From Bigelowiella natans CCMP2755 (lineage: Eukaryota > Protista > Cercozoa), in contig ADNK01000580.1 of the NCBI GenBank assembly GCA_000320545.1, forward strand, positions 1 to 59,483: DNA of 59,483 nucleotides, read 5' to 3'. The translations under genes were made by a program, and so were the position numbers. The first letter of the stretch is position 1. Each line of letters begins with the position of its first letter. The notes under the pieces are model-generated. The model was given only the letters and a program-made list of their open reading frames with translations. It searched no databases and was not told the DNA's origin. Positions 22,490-34,300 of the stretch are shown in pieces.

Positions 22490-24031
22490 TTGTGAAGCAA
22501 GCTAAGCAAGCTCTAACGCAACGGGCTGGCAGATGCACGCATTCAGTCACAATGGCACGTGCGGTGGACACATGTACGTAGGTTGCAAGCGGGACTAGCC
22601 GCTACATGCCACCGTGTAAACCATGACAACGACAAAGACGTGAGTCGCCCCGCGCTATGTTCTATGATGATTGCCTGTACATTGCCGCCACGCTTCTGGC
22701 TAGCCATGTGGCAGACTCGCAGCATGACACGCATGCATGTAGCATGCATGCAGCTATGTGGCTTGCTTGTCTCGCTGCAACATGGCAGCTGGTGAAATCT
22801 GCACCACTTGTGTCGCTACACGCGTGCCGTGTGGAACAGGGCGGTGTGGCGGAGGACGGCAAGACATCGAAATGCATCAACGTGCATGTCGCTGGAACGT
22901 GCACAGCTGGGAAAGTTCAATGAGCGTTTGAGTACACGATCGACGCTGCGCAAGCCACAGCCAGATTGTGGCGCGCAAGCCGCTCGGCTCGTCCCCATTC
23001 TGGCACATTGGCATGCTCCAGAGCTCTAGCTAGCTGGCATGTGCCACTGACAAACTAGCAATGGGGGCGGCGACGTGCACCGGTGCACTCCAAGGTGCGT
23101 GAGCGCGACTTTTCAAAATGGCAACCTGTCTGCTAGCTGTGCACAATGGACATGCGCACACATCATGCACGTGATGTGCATGCATGCACACTGTGTCCAT
23201 GGTCATGCATCTTGCACTGTGTCCATTGTGTGTCCACACATCAAACGTGTTGCATCGCAGGGACTTCAGTCCCTGCACGTGCATGCTGTCTACCTGTCGT
23301 GACGTGTGCATCGACCACTCCATCACTGCACCTCTCACCTCACACGTGCTAGCGTGCCACACATGTCAGCGCCAGAGCGCACACGTGTGCACGTGTGCAG
23401 TGTGACAACCTACGTGCAGAAACAGCCATGATGCATGCAGCTTGCGTTTGACAGCACAGAAACACTGCGTCATCAGGGTGACCCAAAGCACAAGGGGGGC
23501 GGGTTTCCGGCCACATCAATCGCAGGCGCCCAGCGGCCCTGCCGAGCGCCGCCGGCCGAAGCAAACTTGCGGAAATGGCTTCTCTTGGCGCGCTGAGCTG
23601 TTTCCGCACATTGCCAAGCCAAAACATAGCACTTTTCTGAAGTTCAGTGAAACCTGCAATGGCAGAGAAACTTGCAAACTTCACTGCAAAAAACCCTCAT
23701 TTCCCCCCCCCTTGAGCCCCATCTGCAATGGAAACTTGCAAACTTCACTGCAACCACCCGAAAAATTTTCGCGCTCCGCGCGAAAAAAACACACCCTTTT
23801 GGCTGCAAAACCCTCATTTCCGCCCCCCTTGATCTCTGGGTCACCCATCACGTGAACGCAAAACAGTTTGCATTTGAAAATGACTGAAGAATGACAATTT
23901 GCGTTGTTTTTTTTTTGTTCAATGCGTGCCACATTGCGTGTGAATTGCATGCACTGCAGCAACACCTGACAATTTTCAGCACGCATGCATCATGCATGAC
24001 TTGTTTGGTGCATGTGTGGACATGAACAGAG

Positions 24032-24071
<40 letters not shown>

Positions 24072-24320
24072 TTTTCAGCACATCTGAAGTGCTTGGGTGC
24101 ATGTGTTCACATGCGCGTGCACGCGCAGGGACTTCAGTCCCTGCATTTTGTGACAGTTTGCTTGGTGCACGTACTCGGCTCGTGGCTCATAGTGCACTTC
24201 ACAATGATGGGGGGAACAAGTCAGTACTGAGACTGCCAACAATGACGTTTCGCAAATTGTTACACGTGCGAGAAACGCATGCTTCAAGAAGATCGTTGAA
24301 ATGCACATGCACATGATCCT
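22490..24320. repeat. TpA-erased degenerate repeat tract (tract D)
   Basis: No TA seen in ~23630-24170. Repeated gcagggacttcagtccctgc (23257-23276, 24125-24144). Direct repeats aaacttgcaaacttcactgcaa and aaaaccctcatttcc..cccccttga (23668-23832). (TG)n ~24035-24069. Confidence 0.85.
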
Positions 24321-25456
24321 GATTAGCGTGGTAAAAACTGAATACTATTGGCTTACTTAGCGCTGGCTGGGCCCGCTATAGTGCATTTCGCTTGAATTTA
24401 GTTTTCCAATTACTGTTCCACTGTTGCCTGCTACGACGTCTACCATCACTTCTATCTTCAGCTGTAGTAGTAGCCGCTTTGTGAAGGAGCGGATATTCCT
24501 ATAACGCCAGTCGTGAACCAGTATATTTATAACATGATTACACACGTACACACACACAGAGAGAGAGAGAGAGGGAGAGAGAGAGAGAGAGAGAGAGAGA
24601 TGTATTCTATGAAGTCATGAAGACATATTGACAGCGGAAGAGAGCAGGAAGGGAACGATATTAATAAATTGAATCACAACGTAATCTACCCCAGCTTCAA
24701 TTCGTTCTGTTCCATACCTGAATGATAAAAAGGCTTGATTGGTTTTACAAAAGGGTGGGGGAAAACTAAACTAAACAGTGCAATAAATGAGTGCCAACAG
24801 CTCCACCGACACACGATAAAAGTACAGGAAAATAAGTCCAACAACACGAACAGCTATGATAATATTCTACATCTTATTTTTCCATTCTTATGCGGTGTTT
24901 GTGAAGCCCCCCCCTCGTTTTAGATCATCACTAATTATCGGTTCCACGTTTACTAAGTAACGTTGGCGGTGGTGTGGATGAATCCCCTCGTCAACATCAG
25001 GTATTATTATTAATATATCATGTATTTTAAATGAGAAATAATATGGAACTACTGCTCACCACATCACTGGCTTGTAGATATAGCCCTTGCTCGTGTATCT
25101 TCTCCTGATAAATTATTGCAATGTTTCAAAACTGCATACGTAGCAAGAAGAAGAAGAGGAAGAAGATGATAATGATGGTGATGTAGATGCAAAAATGCGA
25201 TAATATAATTATATTTATAGCGTTTTGTTTGCTGTTCTGTCACTACCATTAGTTGTGGTATGTAATTGCGTCTAAAAAGGGGTATGCATCATTGTTTTTG
25301 CTCGCATGCAATAAGTTTGATTGATTTCCTCACTTCCATGTGTGCTATTTATAATACACTGAAATTCTTCTGGTTATTTATGTTGTTCATTACCATTGTG
25401 AAAATTTTATCGATATTAATGGGTAAGATATGTAGGATAGACACACATACACACAC

Positions 25457-25502
<46 letters not shown>

Positions 25503-28500
25503 TATTTATATGAAATGTATTTTTCTGTAAACGAAATATAATTAGTAAGAGATACAAGTGCCTTGGCTACTACCAGTTCTAACATCAATACTCCCAACTC
25601 CTACGACTACTATACAACTTATTACAATATTATAAATCAACTAATAATTAAGTGCTGTGGTTACTTACTGCTGATATAATAACTTCTACCTGAATGCAAC
25701 TACTAGCTCTGACTCAATCTTTGCTGATATATTAGTATGAGTATTATTAAGCAGTATTTGTAGCAGTAGTAGTAGTAGTCGTTGTAGTAGTAGTAGTAGT
25801 AGTGTGTTGAGCGCCGCTCTGAAAACTGATTCAGAGTATGCGTTGGTTAAGTTTATGTGATGATGATAATCCCAATTAATGATTGTACTACCTACTAAAA
25901 ATAATGATGATGGTGATAGTAGTGCTGAAATAGGTATTATTGAGGTTGCTACTACATTTGCAGATCGGACATTTGAAGAAATGATTTTTCTCTGGAGGCA
26001 TGCAACGAAAATGAACCTGAAGAGAAGGCAAGGGGTGGATGTTGTTATTATTTGATTTTTGACGAGGCGGTGGTTGTTGTTGGATGTTGTTATTGTTTGA
26101 TTTTTGACGAGGCGGTGGTTGTTGTTGATTTTGTCCTCTATTATCATGATTGATCAGGAAATAGATGTTGCAAGATTAAAAATAATAATAATAATAATAA
26201 TTAATATGGCAGAGCAGCACCAACAGACTAGTCCTACTTATACTAACTTGTTGTAGTTGTTATTGTTGTGTTAAGAGTAGTAGTGGTGGTGATGATGTCT
26301 ATCTCATCAAGCAAGTGGGAAAATGAAATGATGATGATGCAAGATCATGATGATGATGATTAGGATGATGCCGATTGAGGACATGTTACTACTGCGCAAT
26401 AATATGACAACTAACACCACCACCAGCATTTGTTTAGCACTGCTTGGCGAGTTGTATGGTGGATAAGCGTGGTTGTCGTAGGTTTATTATTTTATGTTTG
26501 TCTGAATCATCATCAGCATCATCATCGTCATTCATTCACTCATTACGCTGTGTGTGCATGGAAGCAGAATGCAGTCGGAGCCATACTTCAAGCATAGAGG
26601 ACAACGACTTACGTATCTGACAAGAACAACAGCAACAAGGAGGCAACAATGATGATGATTACAATGACGATGATCATCATCATGGAGGAGACAACAACGA
26701 AGCAAGAATTAAAAAACAACTACTAAAATTAAAAATGGATCAATTTACGATAGGAGCAGATCTAGAGTCATGGTAGTTGTAGTAAAAGTAGTAGTGGTAG
26801 CAGTACATGTGAGGTGGTAATAGCAAGAATATGATAGTAATATTTTATATGATTTTTAATATGGAAGATAGGCAGATAGGTAGAAGATTCTGTATCATCA
26901 TCATCATCATCATCATCATCATTATTTCATCATATAACTAATACTATCACTTACTATTCAAAATCTATATAGTAGTACACAATTAATGCACACACACACA
27001 CACACACACAATCTTGTTGTACGGATAGTAGTACTTCTTACTAGTACCGAAATGGAAATGTGCGGCCGCATACTTATAATGATAGTACTACTTATTACTA
27101 GTACCGGAATGGAAATGTGCGGCCGTATACTTTAAAATCTGTTCTATCCGCAACACTCCAGAGATCACTTGATGTTTTGTACCTGAATCACAATAACAAT
27201 AATGATAATAACGATGCGAACAAGTAGTAGAAGTGGTAGTAGAAGAAGTAGGAAGAGTATGTTGTAATATATACCATAAGACACCCCTCTCTTCTACTTC
27301 AGTCTCTTGACTTTCATCGACTCCCTGAGTGTTGTTGTACAGTAGGCAAAGCATCGTAACAAATTATGAAAGAAGGAACTGTTATTAATACCTTCAAGTA
27401 GAAGTCAAACTTACATACATACATCATCATCATTTAATAATATGAATTGCGATCGAAGATAACTAGTACTAACTAACACAATTGAGAAATGAGCAACCAT
27501 CAACCTACCCAGTCTGGGTGCACATATCCTCGCCTCCTTCTTCTCTTCCCCTTCTTCTTCTCCTTTATTTTTTCCTTTCCTCCATTATCACCATCATCGT
27601 CATTTGGTTTATTTATGGATGTGGCAGCTGCCAGGGTTTTGATGGGGACAACAGCCGTGTTTTCTTGTTCATTTTTTGACTGTGACAGCATCATCATCAT
27701 CATCATAGAGGTTGTTGTAGCGGCTGTTGTGAAGCCTCCTAATGCTTCTTTTCTTCCGCCTAATAAAGGAGGATAATGGAGAATAGTGCGTACGTCAATA
27801 ATGACAAGGGAGGTGAGAAGGTGTCGCGGGGATAGTACTGAGAGGATGGATTTCGATTAATCTCTGTTCAAAAAGATCATTATTTTGTTGTGCATTTACT
27901 CTTAGAGAGTACATTACCATCTTCTACTACTACTATGAGCACCACAATCACTACCGATAATTTGAAGTAGAGGTGTAAGTTCCGGAGGAAGGACCAGCAC
28001 CAGCACAACGAAAACGATGGAAATTGCCATAATTACCACAGGAAGAGATAGTTTGTCTACTTAAAGTTGTAGTATCAAAATAATCATGATGATGATGATA
28101 ATGATAATAATAATGCTAAGTTAGAGAGCAGTTAAGGGTAAAGATTCTTGTTACCTTTGAGTTTAAGTTGTTAGTATGCGGCTGCCCGCACACCTCTTGC
28201 CGTCTATTTCTTGTCGAATCATCCGAGTAGTATTTTGCCTGTGTGGAATTGTTCTGCTACTTCACATCTCTGATCGGGTAGTGATTACACATTTCCACTC
28301 CTATACAGCTGTTGTACGACGAACGACGAAGTTCGACTGGACAAAAAGCGCAAGGCGGAGGAGGAGGACAAGGACACCGCCGACCTCTCTCCAGCCTATC
28401 AGTTTATTCCCTTCCTTGCCTGCAGGTACGAAATTTAATTATTTACAAAACATTTCATAAAATATTATTTCGTGCAGTTTAAACAACAACAACAACAACA

Positions 28501-29143
28501 ACAACAAATAAAATACCACCGACATTGCACTACTTCTTGGCTTTTCGAACTCCCAGAAAGACGGAGCATTTTCTTGATCAGAATTATTCGAACGCTCCAA
28601 TGGAACTCTTGGTAAATTCTCCTAGATAAAAAACAGGGAAATATCAATTCTACAAGTCGTAGATACCAACTCACTGAGCAAGAATGATTAAAAATCCCCT
28701 GCGGCTGGACGCAACATCGATAGAAAGATTGTTTTCAGACCAGATGTTAACATCGAATATTTAGGCCTACTCCAAATATGTCCTAATTTAAATATAGAAT
28801 CAGGCTTTTCAAACAGAAACCTATATATATCACATGCAAGCAAACTACTTTGAGCATCGAACTCATCTCATATCCATGTCGACGTGTCATTCTTGCAGTC
28901 AGAAAATGAACAGTCCTAATGATACGAAGTGACCAAATACATGGGAATTTTTCTGAGTTTCAATAAAAATTAGATCCAGAATGGAAATAATGACGATTTC
29001 CCGCCTTTTTTAGTATGAGCAATCTGCCTGAAAATATTCAGTTTCCATTACAATCGCTCCTCGCGGACTGAGGTTTTCAGGTACGAGCTTCCATTTGTGT
29101 TATGTCAGATTTCGGTTTAACTGCCCCTTAAACACAACAGACT

Positions 29144-30475
29144 ATGAATATTGTTACGATGATGATTACGGCAACGATTCTGGTGAGTGTGGCAGCAGCT
29201 CAGAATGCAGTTGCAACCAGAACAGGAGGTAACGTCTTTCATGCTCGGCGTGGTGACTTCAACTTAAACAAGCAGCAACATTCTTCCAAACTACAAACCA
29301 GAAGGACAAGAACTCCACTTTCTTCTGTTGTCCCAAAATCGACGCTGCTGAGCAACAAGTATCTTGATGGAGTTGGAGCACGATCATCGCCCATGAAAAA
29401 TAGAGCAGCTTTAATGAGTAACCCCTTCAAAGCCATCACGAAATCGAAGGAAAAAACTCAAGCCATTCAGGCAAAGAATCAACGATATACATCTAGCGAC
29501 TGGTTCAAAAATCTCCGCTCACTTATACTCATGAAGTCAGATATTCTGAAACGTATCTCGGGTCACTTGACCTTCAATATAGCCCTTGCTGTGGTGGGTG
29601 CTGCGTTATTCACGCAAATGCCTCAATACTTTCCTGCAATACCTGCGATTGGACATACACTCTCCGGAGTAGCTTTGTCTCTGCTACTTGTTTTCCGAAC
29701 TAACTCAGCATACGACCGTTTCTGGGAAGCACGTAAGATCCTTGGAGCAGTAGTCGATAATTCTCGAGGACTCTCACGGGTTGCCCCGACTGCTCTCCCA
29801 CCACATCTTGCTCACGAATTTGGCAGAATGATCATAACTTTCCCTTATATGCTCCGCCTTCACTTGACTGGCCGTGGACAAATTCCTATTAAAGACACCA
29901 CGGATGGACCTGATGTACTTCCCTTTATCAATCAGCAGCACCTCAAGACTGTGGAGTCTTATTTTTCTAAGCCAATGGCGACGTTGTCAATCATGAACCA
30001 AATCCTCCACTCCAAAGAGGCCATGTATCCTGATGAGGACCCCCATAAGACTCTCACCATGATGCCGCAACGACAGATTTTGCAAAATAATGTTAATACC
30101 CTTGTTGCAAACACTGGTGCCTGTGAGCGTATCCTTGGATGCCCAGTACCGTTGTCATATTCACGACATCTAAGCCGATACTTAACAATCTGGAGTGCTA
30201 CACTTCCTCTCGTTCTGGCTCCTATGCTTGGTTGGACTTCTGTACCCGTAATTGCTGCTGTTTGTTGGTCGTTGTTCTCTATCGAAGAGATCGGCCACAT
30301 GATTGAGGAACCATTCGAAGCACTACCATATGATCAGGTCCAGACAAAGCGAGTTGCCGACGTTATTAAGCGGGACACTCTTGCTATGTTTAATCAGCAG
30401 TTGGGTGTTGATCTCGCTAAAGAACCTGACTGGAATGCTCCTGTCCAACAACCAGCAACTGCTACCTTTGCCTAA
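29144..30475 (+). CDS. Plastid-targeted bestrophin-like anion channel (UPF0187/VCCN1/BST family)
   Basis: Intronless 443-aa ORF. Hydrophobic signal peptide then S/T/R/K-rich transit peptide. Motifs LSLLLVFRTNSAYDRFWEAR, GACERILGCPVPLSYSRH, IEEIGHMIEEPF. Confidence 0.92.
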   Translation: MNIVTMMITATILVSVAAAQNAVATRTGGNVFHARRGDFNLNKQQHSSKLQTRRTRTPLSSVVPKSTLLSNKYLDGVGARSSPMKNRAALMSNPFKAITKSKEKTQAIQAKNQRYTSSDWFKNLRSLILMKSDILKRISGHLTFNIALAVVGAALFTQMPQYFPAIPAIGHTLSGVALSLLLVFRTNSAYDRFWEARKILGAVVDNSRGLSRVAPTALPPHLAHEFGRMIITFPYMLRLHLTGRGQIPIKDTTDGPDVLPFINQQHLKTVESYFSKPMATLSIMNQILHSKEAMYPDEDPHKTLTMMPQRQILQNNVNTLVANTGACERILGCPVPLSYSRHLSRYLTIWSATLPLVLAPMLGWTSVPVIAAVCWSLFSIEEIGHMIEEPFEALPYDQVQTKRVADVIKRDTLAMFNQQLGVDLAKEPDWNAPVQQPATATFA

Positions 30476-31019
30476 TTAAACCGAAAGCGATATAATAAAC
30501 CATGTTAGGGAGTAGTAGGTGTGTATAAGATACGCAGTAGATGCATCGCCAGATAACTTGATTGATTATTTAGTTGTGCAGTTTGTTATCTGTTTTGTCA
30601 CAACTGGTGCTTATTCTTATGTGGCCTTCTAAATCACCTCGCAGGGATCGCACAATTCTAGAATGTCCTCAATATAGAGATGACGTGAACTAACTGACGT
30701 AATCATAAGATTATTCGTTATGCAGTTGTCCTAAATACATGATTGTTAAAACTCATGTGGAATTGCAAGGAAAATAATGGAATTAAGTGTGCTGATAGTA
30801 AACAAAACAAAGTTGACAAACTTTTGCAAAAGCGCAGTAGACTATCTGCGACAATGTCGTACATGCACATGCGCTGAATTCGGCAACACACATGTGTGAA
30901 TACACATTACAGCAAGTAGCAATTAAAATTTTACGTACGCCATGTCGAGATTTCGATTGTTGCATGATGTGATGAATGCAGCTACCTTTTGTTTGTTTGT
31001 TTATTTCTGCGATTGTCAA

Positions 31020-31365
31020 TGAAGCAAGTCGATCTGGGATCGTCCTTGTCATCCACTGCCAAACTAGCATGCTAGACCAGTCAAAGTGGCATCGCGCCAC
31101 AACGGACCCTGAAGCTCAGCAGGTGCCATCACATCTTGAATCAACACATCAACAAGAGCCTCGCTGAATGTTTCATTCATTCGCGCAAAAACGTGATCGT
31201 CTGGACAATTTGAACTTGATTCCACCGTTTTCGTTGTTCACGTCCACGCGCAGAGGAAGCTAGGAAGGCTGGAAAGGCAGTTGCCACTGAGATTCAGCAC
31301 TCTGCTGCATGATCTCGTTTTGGAATGAGTGGATCTCTTCGGGTTCGCTCAGTTTTCCAATGTGC
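31020..31365. repeat. TpA-depleted flank of LTR copy 2 (tract E), continuing at 37123-37520
   Basis: TA here is essentially only CTAG. The other flank holds a family R copy at 37255-37410. Confidence 0.65.
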
Positions 31366-34300
31366 TATCCGCGACAACCCCTTTGTTGTCGCACGTGACT
31401 TGTGCCCGCGTAGTGGTACGCGCTACAAGGCCGAGGCGCTACGTGCACAAGTAGGCAGGGGGGGGGAAAGGCACGTTTGCTTCCTTTTGAAGAGTTGTGT
31501 TTATTTTTATTAAAGATTATATTTTTATTAAATCGTGCACTGCGTAATCATTCGCGAAGCTTTCGCGAATGCCGCCGCACGTGGGGCAGCACACTTCCGG
31601 TGTGCTGCCATGAGTCCCGCCGGAACCCACGTGCCTATGCTGTATTAATATCTACGTTATCTATATTCTATATCCGCGACAACCCCTTTGTTGTCGCACG
31701 TGACTTGTGCCCGCGTAGTGGTACGCGCTACACCTCCCCCAAGTCACGTTGCTCCTTCCTTCCTTCCTTATTCCCTTAGACCTTCATCGCTTTCGGAACT
31801 TCACCAACCACCAGGTAATAGATTCCTCTCTAACCTTATCTCCTTTGTCGCTTACCCAGAACTCACCTTCGTCCTTAGGTTCGTGTCCATACCAGCCCTC
31901 TGCATCAAGGTCCCCCAGGACCTTATACCAGTGCTCAAAGGGTAAGTCGGGAACAGCTAGGTAGAGTAGCTGATATTTTCCGTCCTTTATTTTCATAGCT
32001 ACCCTCTCCATATTTCGTAATCCAGGGTAGCCTAGATAGACAATCTTCATGCGCCAATCGTCGTTCACCCTGACCTTATTGTTTCCATATTCCACATCGA
32101 ACTTAGGTCGGGGTCCTAAACAAGGCATTGCTCGCTCCCACACAGTAGGGTTTACTTTAACATCCTCTAGGAGCTTCTCACCGATATCATAATTCTTTAG
32201 GTGACTGATGTGGCGCAAGGTGACCCTGTTCCCATCATAGATGTAGTACTGCTTCCTCCCCTTCCTCTCGGTAACCTTTGCAACGCCACCCCAGAAGGGG
32301 TCTTGTTTATTTCTCGATCTCAGATTTACCTTGGCCCTAACATACTGTCCTTCCTTTAGAACTCGGCCATCGTACGGGACCTTCTCGTCTTCGCTCTCGG
32401 TATCGTCGTCGTTGTCGTCGCCTTCTTCCCTCTCCTTATCCTTGATACCTCCCCCAGACGTGAAGGTGTCGTTTACTAACCCTTGTATCTTGTCTGGTGT
32501 GGTGCTATTTATCCTGCTTAGGTTGGCCAAGGTGCGGTGGAGTCGCTCTACCTTGGAGTTGGACTGGGCATAGTATACAGGTGAGGCATCAATATTAGGG
32601 TGTGGTAGCTGTAGAAGAGAGGTCTCATTATCCACATGTAACTTCTTTGGTATCTTGTTTATGCTAACTTCATCAGGGATAGCCTGGAGCTCAGACTCCC
32701 AGGTACGGTAGCAGTTAGTAAGCCTCTGCTTATATAAGCCTTTGTTCTTCTTAGCAACGTTGACCTTGATAATCTTTTTAACCCAGCACTTTCCAGTGGC
32801 CACATCAACGAAGGTAAGGTAGTGATAGCCATCGTACTTATAAACATCAATTTGCACGATATCTAAGAAGTTCCTTGCTTTGATTTTCTTAGATGCACGG
32901 CTCTTGCTGGACTCCTTGGTGGCGACGCCTGCCGCCTTCAAGCTGGAGCACCTGCAGCCACGCAGGTATGTCCTTATCTCTTTTAGCTTGTAGGGCCAGT
33001 AGTAATGGTAGAGTAGAGCAGTGATATGGTTTTCTCCTACGTGTGCAGGTCCATGGGCGGTAAAGAGAAGGGCTCCCCTGGTCCGCCGTGGCACGTAGGT
33101 ACGCCTAACATTATTAGTGTATACATATATCCTATCACTAAGTACCTCATGCTTGTGTTTGTATTTATCCAGGTGTTCTTGAAGGTGCTGGAGCTCCTCT
33201 GGCTCAGGCAGGAAGTCGCCGTCCTCGAAGGTAATCGCGTTAACCATAGGGGTGACCTGGGTAGGGACTTTCTTTTCGAACAGCCTGCTGAAATAGTCAG
33301 CAAGCTGCTTGTCTCCTGGTGCGTAGACCACTGTCCTCTTGTCCCTAAACTCTTCCGTGTCCGCCCTCATAGCTGCATACTCATCGTTAGGCGCTTCGAG
33401 CTTGCGGTCGATGCCTAGGAGGGGCTTGTGGTCAGTCATTAAGGTGAAGCTGGGCACCGACAGCAGGTAGTGTCTTAGTTTCCTCTGCGCCTCAGTCATG
33501 GCTTTATACTCTCCTTTTGTAGGGCTGTACTTGGCCTCAGCTGCTGTGCAGGCCCTGCCCCACACCCGTATGATCTGCTGGTCTTGGGTAAGTACAGCGG
33601 CCATACCTAGCTTAGACCAGTCTGTCCATAGGGTAGCTGGTCTAGTAGTGTCTAGCTTAGCATTCAATAGGGTGTTGCTGCATAACTTTATTAGGTTATC
33701 GAAGTGGGCATCAAGGCCAGCCTTGGCCCACACCTTAGCGAAGCTGAGGCCTACAGAGTTCTCCTTCCGGTAAGCAGTAGTAAAAGCAGCTGCAGTCCTA
33801 GCGTAGGTAGGGGAGAACCTACGTAGTATCCAAGCTGCAGTCTGCAAGAATGACTTTAACTCCTTTGCATTCTTAGGTTTAGGGGCTTGCTGTAGTGCTG
33901 CTACTTTCTCGGGGTTTGGGGTGATGCGGCCTTGCTCCAGGTAATATCCACACCACTTGATTCTTGTAGCTAGGAATGTACACTTCTGCAGTCTAATAGT
34001 AAAACCGAAGTGTGCAAACCTAATAAATATATTTTCCAGGAGGAAGATCTGAGCGACGACTGTGTTGGTACATATTATGTCATCATCCACATACACAAAC
34101 ACAAACACCCACAACACAGACGCCATCCCATCATGTGTGTATGCCCTGTAGTTCTGACTACTGAACGCATCCCCTGATATGCTTAGGCCGTAAGGGAATA
34201 CGACGAAGTGCCACTTCCTGTGCCTGCTGGAGAACGCGGTAATGGGGCGGGAGGTTTTGTGGATGGGTGTCTGCATGTATGATTCATTTTTATCTAGGGA

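Noticed and set aside
24700-28700. Possible minus-strand gene or pseudogene with low-complexity exons
   Set aside because: No consistent spliced frame or recognisable domain could be built by eye.
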